A program made the translations under genes and the position numbers. Positions 9,495 through 19,130 of a stretch of DNA of 20,000 bases are shown piece by piece. The first letter of the stretch is position 1, and each line of letters starts with the position of its first letter. A model generated the notes under the pieces. The model worked only from the letters and a program-made list of their open reading frames with translations. It ran no database searches and was not told the origin of the DNA. Source of the DNA: Chiloscyllium plagiosum (taxonomy: Eukaryota); NCBI RefSeq assembly GCF_004010195.1, contig NC_057719.1, positions 80,318,157 to 80,338,156 on the forward strand. Direction: 5' to 3'.

Positions 9495-9958
9495 GCCAGG
9501 GTTGGAGGATTTGAGCTATAGGGAGATGCTGAATAGGCTGGGGCTATTTTTCCTGAAGCGTCGGAGGTTGAGGGGTGACCTTATAGAGGTTTATAAAATC
9601 ATGAGGGGCATAGATAGTGTAAATAGACAAGGTATTTTCCCTGGAGTGGGGGAGTCCAGAACTGGTGGGCATAGGTTTAGGGTGAGAAGGGAAAGATAAA
9701 AAAGAGACCTAAGGGGCAACTTTTTCATGGAAAGGGTGGTGTGTGTCTAGAATGAGCTGCCAGAGGAAGTGGTGGAGGCTGGTACAATTGCAACATTTAA
9801 GAGGCATTTGGATGGGTATATGAATAGGAAGGGTTTGGAGGGATATGGGCCGGGTGCTGGCAGGTGGGACTAGATTGGGTTGGGATATCTGATCGGCATG
9901 GACAGGTTGGACCGAAGGACCTGTTTCCATGCTGTACATCTCTATGACTCTATGGCTC
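9495..9958 (+). mobile_element. CR1-clade LINE 3' end (ORF2 C-terminus, 3' UTR, octamer tail)
   Basis: PGLEDLSYREMLNRLGLFFLKRRRLRGDLIEVYKIMRGIDSV; tail GGACCGAAGGACCTGTTTCC...TCTATGACTCTATG. Inverted homologue of 7502-7953. Confidence 0.95.
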
Positions 9959-10481
9959 TTTCCTTGTCAAGTCCAGGCTGGCTAGAAGCTTCTGGGAATG
10001 TATGCACCAAATGTATCCTTGTTTGACCTTCTTCAACTTTCATTAGCTTTGTTGTCAACCTGGTATTAAAATTAAATTATGTTGAAATCAGTAACTCCTG
10101 ATTGCACCGGGAAATAAAATTACAAATCATTTACATAATATTTGTTTATATTAAAGGATGTTCTAACTGCACAAGTATTTAATTAGTGCTGAGAAGAAGG
10201 TTTTTCAATCAATCTGTTTTAATACCCTTTGTGTACGACCTTTGAATGGACATAACCTGAAAAAGCTCGAAGTGATAGCTGTGCAATGACTTTCAGCAAA
10301 ATGGTCAATTTATTTGCTTCTAATGGAAGGTTGGGTGTCTTCATCATTTTAAGTGCCAGCCTCAAACATTTGTGGTGCAAGTATATAATACAATGGATTA
10401 GATATGGAGTAATGTGTCCTAAATACTGTCCCTTCAAATACTGGGTGCAACACTTGTTGGTCATATCGAAAGTAAACTGAA

Positions 10482-10580
10482 AAACTTGCATTTATATAAT
10501 GCTTTTCATTATCACTGGATATTTCAATGCACTTTACAGTTAAATAAGTGCTTTTTAAAGAGTAGTCACTGTTACAAAGT
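10482..10580 (-). mobile_element. Old SINE 3' tail relic (L2-type tail, Deu-SINE-like)
   Basis: AACTTGCATTTATATAATGCTTTTCA...GCACTTTACAG...GTAGTCACTGTT resembles the reverse complement of L2-mobilised SINE tails. From recall. Confidence 0.5.
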
Positions 10581-10769
10581 CTAATGTTCCATGTTGGTTA
10601 TCTATGAGAGTAGGGTTATTAAAGAGTGCAAGAATTTTGGTTAGCAGTGTTCAAATATAATAAATACTAACCATGTAAGGAACAATAATTTGTCTCTATC
10701 CTGTGGTTGGTCAAAGCAGCAATCTCTTGGTAGTCATATGATTGCATACCACTTCCCCAGCATATTGTA

Positions 10770-11385
10770 GATGGGTGGGTTAGCACTGCTACCTCACAAC
10801 ACCTAGGACTGGGTTCACTTCCAACCTCAGGTGACTGTTTGTGTGGAGTTTGCACATTCTCCCTGTGCCTGTGTGGGTTTCCTCCCACAGTCCAAAGATG
10901 TGGGACTTTGGGCGGCACAGTGGCACAGTGGTTAGCACTGCTGCCTCACAGCGCCAGAGACCCGGGTTCAATTCCCGCCTCAGGCGACTGACTGTGTGGA
11001 GTTTGCACGTTCTCCCCGTGTCTGCGTGGGTTTCCTCCGGGTGCTCCGGTTTCCTCCCACAGTCCAAAGATGTGCAGGTTAGGTGAATTGGCCATGGGAA
11101 ATTGCCCGTAGTGTTAGGTAAGGGGTAGATGTAGGGGTATGGGTGGGTTGCGCTTCGGTGGGGCGGTGTGAACTTGTTGGGCCGAAGGGCCTGTTTCCAC
11201 ACTGTAAGTAATCTAATCTAATCTAATGTGCAGGTTAGATGGACTGAGTTGCCCATAGTATCCATGGATGTGCAAGCCCAGTGGATTAGCCATGGGAAAT
11301 GCAGGGATAGCGTGGGTCTGGGTTGATGCTCTTTGGAGAGGTCAGTGGGCTGCCTCCCTCCACCCTGTAGGGACTGTTAATGATT
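10770..11385 (+). mobile_element. Older V-domain SINE split by a younger copy
   Basis: Head and V-core to ...CCAAAGATGTG (10902), resuming as ATGTGCAGGTTAG at 11226 and running to a degraded tail CCACCCTGTAGGGA. Confidence 0.88.
10910..11225 (+). mobile_element. Young full-length V-domain SINE nested in an older one
   Basis: Complete head, V-core and (TCTAA)3 tail, flanked by ATGTG duplication (10898-10902 and 11226-11230). Near-identical to 1228-1541. Confidence 0.95.
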
Positions 11386-11497
11386 TAGATACATATTAAC
11401 CCTTTGTGCTATATCTCCATAAAGCCTCCAACTCTAGCTGTGACATTTCACCTTATTATTTACATCTCCCCTCAGTCTCTAACCTCATGTTTGATTC

Positions 11498-11605
11498 AGA
11501 GATAGTGAGGACTGCAGATGCTGGAGATCAGAGACGAAGAGTGTGGTGCTGGAAAATCACAGCTGGTCAGGCAGCATCCTGCTTTTCCAGCACCACACTG
11601 TTCGA
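11498..11605. mobile_element. Short Penelope-like fold-back insertion with a 14-bp TSD
   Basis: Same family as 5687-5921 and 19901-20000 (GTGAGGACTGCAGATGCTGGAGATCAGAG). Inverted arms AGTGTGGTGCTGGAAAA / TTTTCCAGCACCACACT. Flanks CTCATGTTTGATTC (11484-11497) and CTCATGTCTGATTC (11606-11619). Confidence 0.8.
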
Positions 11606-11959
11606 CTCATGTCTGATTCGTAGAGGTAACTGTTGTGGCAGTTTTACCAGTCTACCTGACTCAGTTCTCAGCTGGCTTGGAGGAGGTGGAGCTTCCTCCC
11701 AACTTCTCTCCAATTCTGTTGGGCCGAGCAAACATTGTAAGATCTCAGCAGTTCGTTATTCAGGCCATCTTTCAGGTCTCTTGATCAGATGGACTCCATA
11801 GAAGATCCAGTCCTTGGAGAAATGAACGCAGACCTGCTTCTGTACATTGTTGCATGTTCTATCTCCACAGGAGAGGATCGCAGATGAAGCGTTTTCTGAA
11901 AAGCTTGGCCTTGACTATTTTGATTGTGAATCCACATTGAGTGTCCAACCTGGAGAGCT

Positions 11960-12259
11960 GATTAGATTAGATTCCCTACACTGTGGAAACAGGCCCTTTG
12001 GGCCAACCAGTCCACACCAACCCTCCGAAGAGTAATCCACTCAGACCCATTTCCCTCTGACTAATGCACCTAACACTCTGGGCAATTGAGCATGGCCAAT
12101 TCACCTGACCTGCACAGATTTGGACTGTGGGTGGAAACCCACACAGACACGGGGAGAAGGTACAAGCTCCACACAGGCAGTATCCTGAGTCTAGAATTGA
12201 ACCAAGGGTCCCTGGTGCTGTGAGGCAGCAGTGTTAACCACTGAGCCACCGTGCCGCCC
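11960..12259 (-). mobile_element. V-domain SINE inserted in the Gypsy integrase region
   Basis: GATTAGATTAGATT tail, CAGGCCCTTTGGGCC, partly deleted V-core, head AACCACTGAGCCACCGTGCCGCCC. Confidence 0.92.
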
Positions 12260-14176
12260 TAGCTAGTAGTTTGTGTGCAGTGCAGTGATGATTGTAAGTC
12301 TATACTGATTGAAATGGTACTCATCATCCTCCTCCCTTATGTTGTCCAAACGTGCTGCTGTGACGCATAGTGTAAGTATATTCAAAGAGTAGGAAATAGA
12401 TTCTGCGGGCTATTTTGTATCAAAAGTGTGCATGGACAGGTTGACGTTATTGTTTTTTATTCAATAAAGCCTTTATCTTCTTCACTCCCCTTTTGGGCCT
12501 TGCCACTAGCCTATCTTGGTGAGCTAGTCCTGAAAGATTCGACGAAATATCCATTAGAAAAATTTGGGCCCTTTGAAATGACCAGGAACCCCATGTGCAA
12601 CAAAATTCTCTTTCAACAATGGCAGCTCCCGGGTTCTGGTGATGTTATCTCTACCACCTTGAATAGCAACCAAGTTCTATCAAAAAGGTCTTTCCACAGA
12701 GTTCAAAATGGTCCAACCTGAGATCTGTCCATCGTCTAGACATGAGCGAAGGTGCCATCAGTGATTCCCTTAATTCTTGCCAATGGATAGCACACATGAT
12801 GCCATTGAACATCATCTGCGCCAATGACTGTGAGAAGCCTGCCTACCAAATGGTCTTTTGCGCTCTGACAAGACACTAAGTGATGCTTCAGTGACCCTGG
12901 TGTAACCTCTGAAGTACAGTGAGTCTTAGGATACTAGATGTCACCTCTCTCTCGTCATAATGCAGCAAGATTTCCACAGCAAATAGATGTCTTCATTGCT
13001 TAAAATATTGCCTCAGATTATCACTGTGCAGAATATATTCTGTTCACCCAGTGATGGATTTGAGCACATTCTTCACCTGACTCTTCTAATTTAAACATTG
13101 TGTTGTTGCTGGTTGGTACTTGTCATTAGTGAAGTGACGGTCTCAGTGAGGAAAAATCATCTTCAGGCTGTCTTCAGGCTTTGTGACAGGAATAAGTAAT
13201 GATGCATTTCCTGTTGTTTGCTTCTCCCCTTCACATATTCAATTCAAATCTCTTCGGGTTTAAAATCTCTTCATGGCATCTTTGGTCATTCTTTCATACT
13301 CAATGGAAAAAGCCAAAGTTATGTGGGTATGCTTTTATTATAAACCAAATGCCCAGGAGGTAGTTTGCAAGCATGTCCGGTTGGCAGCGAAAGCCTCTTT
13401 TTTTGATAACTGCATGCTCGTTTGTTCTTTTTCAGTCAAAGAATGAGATGCACGAGGAAGTGGTCTACCTTTACCATTCCTCTGCATCAGAAAAGGCACG
13501 GCTCCCGATCCAATCGAAGATGCATCTGTGGCAGCAATCGTGGGCAGTTCTGAATCATCGTGAAACAATATGTCTGCTATTATGAACATTTCTGTGATCC
13601 TTTCTAAGAATAGCTTTTGGCCTTTTGCTCAGCGCGAAGACTGGCCTTGCTGTAGCAACTGCTGTAATGGTCCATTCGCATTTTGGATAAAAGCTCTGGC
13701 CTACCCGATTTACCATTCCCAAAAATCACTGGAGCTCCTGACAGTTTGGGGAGAGAGAAATTCTTTAATTGCTCAGATTTTCTTAGAATCGGGTCTGATT
13801 ACAAATGCATACAAAATGTGCCCAAGAAACGTAACAGTCGATTATAAGAGTTACATTTGTTGGTGAGGGAGTAAGCCTTGCTTCCTGTAGCATTGTTGCA
13901 CAGCTGTCACTCTGACATCATGCTTTGTTTCAATGGAACCAAGGATTAGGACAGCATTTATATGGCACGTTATTCCCTCCAATCCATCCAGGATACTTGT
14001 CATCCACTGAAACATCTCTGGTACAGATGCGAGACCAAAGGATAGTCGATTTAAACATTGCCTCCCAAGTGATATGGTGGAGTTTGTAAGTAATTTTTAT
14101 TACTCCTCTCAAGGTAGTTGTCAAAAGTCACTATTTGCAATCTGACTGACATTGGGCTCTTTTTGAACTTTGTAGC

Positions 14177-14456
14177 GTCCCATTAAACACTCCAAGGGCA
14201 GATACAGCATGGGACTACATACAGAGTAAAGCTCCTTCTGTGCTGTCCCATCACACACTCCCAGGGTAGTTATAGCGTGCGGTTACAAACAGAGTAAGGT
14301 TCCCTATACATTGACCCCAGAGCAAGTACAGCATGGAGTTACTTACAGAGAAAAGCTCTCTCTACACCATCCCATCAAAAACTCCCAGGGCAGGTACAGT
14401 ATGGGGATACAAACAGAGTAAAGCCATCTCTCCACCATTCCATCAAACATTCCCAG
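14177..14456. repeat. Diverged minisatellite, unit about 68 bp, about 4 copies
   Basis: Anchor ACAGAG(T/A)AA at 14221, 14289, 14345 and 14413 (spacings 68, 56, 68). Unit approximates CCCATCAAACACTCCCAGGGCAGGTACAGCATGGGGTTACAAACAGAGTAAAGCTCCCTCTACACTGT. Confidence 0.9.
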
Positions 14457-14549
14457 ATCGAGGATGAGCAAAGTGGTCTGATGTCAAAACACTGCACAAA
14501 ATCCACAGTGTTTCCACATGTATATACATTACTCACTGAGGTAGATGCC

Positions 14550-15040
14550 AGGAAATGGAGGAGCCCATTTCGCCACTTGAGCATGTTCCCTCATTCAACA
14601 GAATCACAGCTGATTTGTGCCTAGCTTTATACACCCATTTATGTCCCCTTTCTCATAGTGACTTCAGTTAATGGAAATCTGTTAATCTCAGATTTTAAAA
14701 GAAGAATGAACCAAGCATCAACTGTTTTATGCTAAAGAGTTACTAATGTCTATACTCTTCGTGGGAAGTGCTGTAACCACACATGAATTGTTAATTTTTA
14801 GCTTCCTGGATTTCCCAACCAGTGGAAACAATTTCTGTCTCTCTAACCTATCTGTACTACCTTTATATACTTAAAACTTAACAGAGCAACCAATAATGTT
14901 CGAAATTCCATAGAATATAACCCTTGTGTATTACTTTGTCTTTGAGATTGACAACTTGGAACTTGCATGACATTCCTGTAAATCTACATTTACACTCCCT
15001 CTAATGTCAGTATATTCAGCCGAAGGTCAAAGATTGAGCA
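14550..15040 (-). mobile_element. Ancient CR1-type LINE 3' relic
   Basis: GGAGCCCATTTCGCCACTTGAGCATGTTCC tail-like start, AAATCTGTTAATCTCAG, CCCAACCAGTGGAAACA and TCCTGTAAATCTACA segments resemble CR1 3' ends. Very diverged. Confidence 0.55.
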
Positions 15041-15084
15041 TACCATTATTTGAGTTGTAGTAGTATGGATTTATAACACTGGGC

Positions 15085-15420
15085 AAATAGAGTTACATTA
15101 CTAAACTAGCAATCTAGATGTCTTGTTCAGGGGACATGAACACAGTAGTTGAGGGATTTAAGCTCAGCAAATCAACTAAATTCAGAATTTAAAAGAAACT
15201 TAGCATAAATAATGGTGACTGGATAGTCAAATCAACCCTACCTCATTCACTAATGCACTTGTTACTCAACCAGGATCCTGTAAATAGGTAAATAATTTGC
15301 CCTCTATTCCATAAGTTACAACTTTACGAGTGGTTTCTTAAGAGGTACACTGAAATACTCTCTTGATCTCAATGTAATTCTGGACAAATAAATGTCCATG
15401 ATTCTGTCCCTATCCATGAT
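15085..15420 (+). mobile_element. Ancient SINE relic
   Basis: ACTAGCAATCTAGA...GGGGACATG...TAATGGTGAC...TTCACTAATG...GGACAAATAAATGTCC occur in the order I recall for an old cartilaginous-fish SINE. No exact family assigned. Confidence 0.45.
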
Positions 15421-15980
15421 TCCATCTCCATCTTCAAAATAGTTCATTTAGGTTCAATGGGCATGACACATCCATGTTTACTGTCTGATATCAGCTGAAA
15501 GTTTTCAAGGTTTACCACCTTTCCATTGCGAATTATGCATTCTAGTAATTTTCTGATAACAGATTAAACTAACTGACCCACAATTCTATTCTTTTCCTCT
15601 CGCACCTTTCTTAAATGACAGACTGACTCTTGCCACTTTTGGTTCCTTGTGCAAATGTGCCATCTCTGTTCCTGATCAAAAGCCAGAGTGTCCCATGAGT
15701 TGGGTGTGGTTGCTCTCTTTGGGGCTGTCTTGAGGACATTTCTGCTGTCCTGCCGGGGGTGTCCTGACACAAGTGATTTCTGAGTAGAGCAGTTCCTATG
15801 GGGTGTGATGTGGTTTTATTTTGGATTGAAGACAGTGTTGGTTGTAGAGTTTCCCCTTTGTTCTATGAGCCATGAGTTGTTGATGTGCTTGCAAGTTACT
15901 TTGCCACAGTAACAATTTAAGATACATGCACTGATATGGCGCTCTTGGGAATCACCCGGCCATTCCTATTGTACAAAGCA

Positions 15981-16110
15981 GAGTGCTTTACTGTCAGAGG
16001 GTTAGTACTGAGGGACTGCTGCATTGCTGGAGTGTCAGTAGTGAGGGAGGGCCATACTGTTGGAGGATTAATACTGAGGGAGTGCTTCAGTGTTGGAGGT
16101 GCCATCTTTC
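15981..16110 (+). repeat. 33-bp tandem repeat (about 4 copies) derived from a Deu-domain-like SINE segment
   Basis: TGAGGGA anchors at 16009, 16042 and 16075. The last unit reads on into TGTTGGAGGTGCCATCTTTC, similar to the Deu-SINE core CTGAGGGAGTGCTGCACTGTCGGAGGTGCCGTCTTTC as I recall it. Confidence 0.75.
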
Positions 16111-16424
16111 TCGCAATACAAAGACACAGTTTATCCTCCTTGATACGGATTTAAGCTGGGAACTAAATGCAACTGAATATCAACAACCTTTAACAGCTTT
16201 ACCTACATCCAAATGTTTCACTCACACCTCTATCTATCCCTGAGCTCCGAATTCTCTCTCCCAAATAATGCACTGATCACTTTGCTGTGTCCCCTTGTGA
16301 AACACCCATTATTTCCTTTGTATTGTTCAATTACTGCCCTTAAACCTGCCCTGCCACCACTCGAAGTGTCTTTAGTAAAACTTCCCAAACCACAACTTAT
16401 AATTCTACCAGCCCCCAGGTAGCA

Positions 16425-16568
16425 TTAGAGAATGGTGACTGGGTGGCACTCTAATTGCAAGGTCACCACACCGCAGGCTGGGGAAGATGTTGAGAAGGAA
16501 AGTCTGTACTTGGTAACCCCAACCATGCCAGTGCATCACAACTTAGTCACCTGAGCTAAACCGACTCC
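16425..16568 (-). mobile_element. Old tRNA-headed SINE relic
   Basis: GGTCACCACACC...GTTGAGAAGGA...GGTAACC...CTGAGCTAAACCGAC ends in a reverse-complement A-box-like head. Confidence 0.5.
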
Positions 16569-16589
16569 TTTGCTACCTCTACAAATAAT

Positions 16590-16800
16590 GGCAACCTTCA
16601 AAGCACCCCTCCAAAGTCACACATAGTCCTAACTCAGACATGTAAGACCTACTGTTCATCATTACTGCTGAATGGAATCGCCTCCTTAAAAACACTGCAG
16701 GAACACTGCAGAAGGTAGTGACTGGAAAGCACTTCTCAATGGCAATGATGGATGGTTAATAAATGTTGGCATTGTCAAAAATGCCCTCATCCTAAGAATC
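16590..16800 (+). mobile_element. Ancient LINE 3' end relic (CR1 group)
   Basis: CCCCTCCAAAGTCACAC...CTTCTCAATGGCAATGATGGATGGTTAATAAATGTTGGC...GCCCTCATCC resembles a recalled elasmobranch LINE terminus. Confidence 0.5.
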
Positions 16801-17464
16801 TTAAGTTTCAGTTCTTGTGTAATTCATTGGTAATGATTATCCTTCATTAGTACTCCTTTCACCGGCTTTAGTTATCAGAATCAACGAGACACATTTGTTC
16901 ACCCAGAGTTGTCACCATTGAGAGATTTTCTCTGCTGCATTTTAATTAAAGTTCAACCAAGTGTGTCTACATTATGGACACTTGAGAGTTCAGGAACGAC
17001 CAAAGATAATTTGTGAAAAATGTTATCATCAAAGACTTAATTTCTCAGTTGCATATTCCCCACTGGTGGGTCACTTCCTCTGACAGCTATCAGATAGGAC
17101 AGAGGGCAGCAGGCATTTGATGGGATGAAGGTTGCCTCCGGCATTTTGTGGAGCCTCTGGAAAATGCATCCTCAGCAGTTTGAATCTTGCTCCCAGAGGG
17201 AACAAGCAAAAATGCAAAGTGGTTCAGACGCAATCTGTGGCAATCTCATTCAGAAAGGTGTGGAAAATGGAAATATCAGTCTGGTAGGTGCTTGCTGGGA
17301 TACTGTGCATGGAGCTGGAGGCTGATACCCAATCCCCCGCTCCCCCTCACTTCCTGCAAAAACCACTCCTTACCACCATACACATGCATAAATACATGTG
17401 GATCCCAGACACAAGCATGCATATGTATGTACGTGTCTGAAAACATATGCACATGGATGTAGAT

Positions 17465-17487
17465 ACACACACACACACACACACACA
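17465..17487. repeat. (AC)n microsatellite at the end of an alternating purine-pyrimidine-rich tract (about 17375-17487)
   Basis: Directly visible ACACAC run. Confidence 0.95.
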
Positions 17488-18429
17488 ATCTGCCCGCCAC
17501 TAATTGTGGACATTGCCTGCTGAATCTACCAATATGGAAGGAATATTATGCCAACTTGAGTACTTTGTGCTGATATTGGAGAAAAATGTTGCAATGTCAA
17601 GTATGTAATGAGAAAAGGTTGCCCAGAGGTAGACGGATAAGCGGTGTGCTAAGTAAATTCTGAAAACTAATGGTTCTGACATGGTGCAGAACCTGATTCC
17701 TGTGCCTTTCATTGACTGTGTGAATAATCTCATTTTCGTTCTTTGACAAGTTGTTCCTGGTGGAAAGGAAGGGAGCAGTGTAGCTGGCAGCCAGCTCATA
17801 CATCATCAGGAGAACAAGCCACCAGCATTCCTGGAAACATGACAGTAAAATTTAAAATAGATTGAAGATTACAACATTAGAGCATTCACAAAATATTGAT
17901 TGCCTGTCGGAGGTACAATAATTATGAGGTCATCGATTTGGGTGGGGAATTTATTGGAGACAGCAATTAGCAAACATAAAGTTGAATTTCTGCATAAATG
18001 TAGTTAACAAGGTCCAAAAGAGGCCTTTTCATGTTTCCATATTCAATTGACCTTCCTCTCTATGGACCCAGACTTTACTGCTTGGCGTAGCTAATTGGTG
18101 ATTTAATTGTGTATGAATTTGTCCCCATACGCATTAATGTGTTGAATCAAACAGGCAATAAAGATGCATCATTTTCTTTTCTATCACGTTTTCTCTTTTC
18201 TCTCTCGAGAACACGTCCCCATAGCACTTTCCAAAATGACCTTACTTTGTGCATGACCTCAAAATGGGAATGCCTGTGGATTTCTGAAACATATTGCTGT
18301 TCGAATGTGAGTGACGTTGCCAGGGATTGCATTATTTCCCTGCTTTCGTTGCCCTTGAGAGGTCAATGATGAGTCAGTCTTTGCGTGTAATAGGGTCATT
18401 TACAGTGCGTTAGAAATTTCAGTCCTTAC

Positions 18430-18711
18430 TCCAGCTCAACTCTTTTTTTCATTTTGTTTGCTTTCATCGGAGTCCTCGCCCAGGCTTAACCAATCGAGCA
18501 CAGTGAGCATCAAGAGTAAGCAGTTGCACATAATCAAACACAGAACACCTTCCTCCAGTAACACAAGCTGTAATGTAGAGCTCCATTCTCCCACAGGATG
18601 CTGTCTCACATCTACCAATTCTTAATGTCTCCTTCCTCCTGATTGCTGAGGTTCACCTCTGGCTGCGGCTCTTGCCTCTGGTTTTCCTGTTTGGTAAAAC
18701 TGGCTAAGTGT
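18430..18711 (-). other. Candidate spliced exon (non-coding or terminal coding), unassigned
   Basis: Minus strand: TTTTCTTGTCTTTTCCTTCGCAG acceptor before 18711 and GGA|GTAAGG donor after 18430. No frame is open throughout. Confidence 0.3.
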
Positions 18712-18861
18712 CTGCGAAGGAAAAGACAAGAAAACTACTATGAGAAAAGTTAGCATGTGATCCCACCATTAGAAGCTAGCATGAGACCCAACCAAGGCCT
18801 CCCTCTCCTGGTCTTGCTGAGTTGTAACAGTACTAAAGCACCCCCCTGCAAATATCTGAAC

Positions 18862-19130
18862 CATAGAGCTTTACAATCTTGGGAGGGAGGGTATTTGAGA
18901 CATGATGCCCCTACCAGCTCTTTGAAAGAGTCGCAATTAGTCTTACCCCCTGCTATTTCCCTTCAGGGCTACAAATGTTTCCTCCCTTAAGTATGTATGC
19001 AATTCCCTAGCTGAAATCTGCTTCTGTCACTCTTTCAATTGATGCCTTCCAAGATCATATCAACTCACTGTGAAAAGAAAAGGAATTCGCCACCTGGTTC
19101 CTTTGCCGAATGCCTTGAAGTGTCAGCTTT
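18862..19130 (-). mobile_element. Ancient CR1-type LINE 3' relic
   Basis: CATAGA tail start, GCTCTTTGAAAGAG...CAATTAGTC...AATCTGCTTC...CCAAGATCATATCAACTCACTGTGAAAA pattern of CR1 3' ends. Confidence 0.55.

Larger units (their letters stand above)
10585..11464 (-). mobile_element. Putative 3' LTR of the minus-strand Gypsy element, interrupted by nested SINEs
   Basis: Minus strand reads PPT GAGGGGAGA (11473-11465) then TGTAA from 11464. The distal end ...GGAACA at about 10585 is tentative. Confidence 0.5.
11465..14130 (-). mobile_element. Decayed Ty3/Gypsy pol (RT, RNase H, integrase) ending at a polypurine tract
   Basis: RNase H ELPTIAATDASSIGSGAV...GRPLPRASHSLTEKEQ...KKEAFA (13338-13589). 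RT remnants about 13620-14130. Integrase remnants LKENFVAHGVP, KGPNFS...RTSSPR, and C-terminal LRTESGRLVKLPQQL near 11630-11672. The RT-RH-INT order is Gypsy-type. Confidence 0.88.

Noticed and set aside
11465..14130. Possible domesticated or active Gypsy pol gene
   Set aside because: Dense stops and frameshifts, damaged catalytic motifs and two secondary insertions indicate neutral decay.
14177..14456. Regularly spaced repeats resembling a CRISPR array
   Set aside because: The whole unit repeats with no unique spacers, there are no cas genes, and the context is vertebrate.
17500..17806. Overlapping minus-strand ORFs of 99 and 69 aa
   Set aside because: No recognisable domain and no convincing splice boundaries. 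The lengths are compatible with chance.
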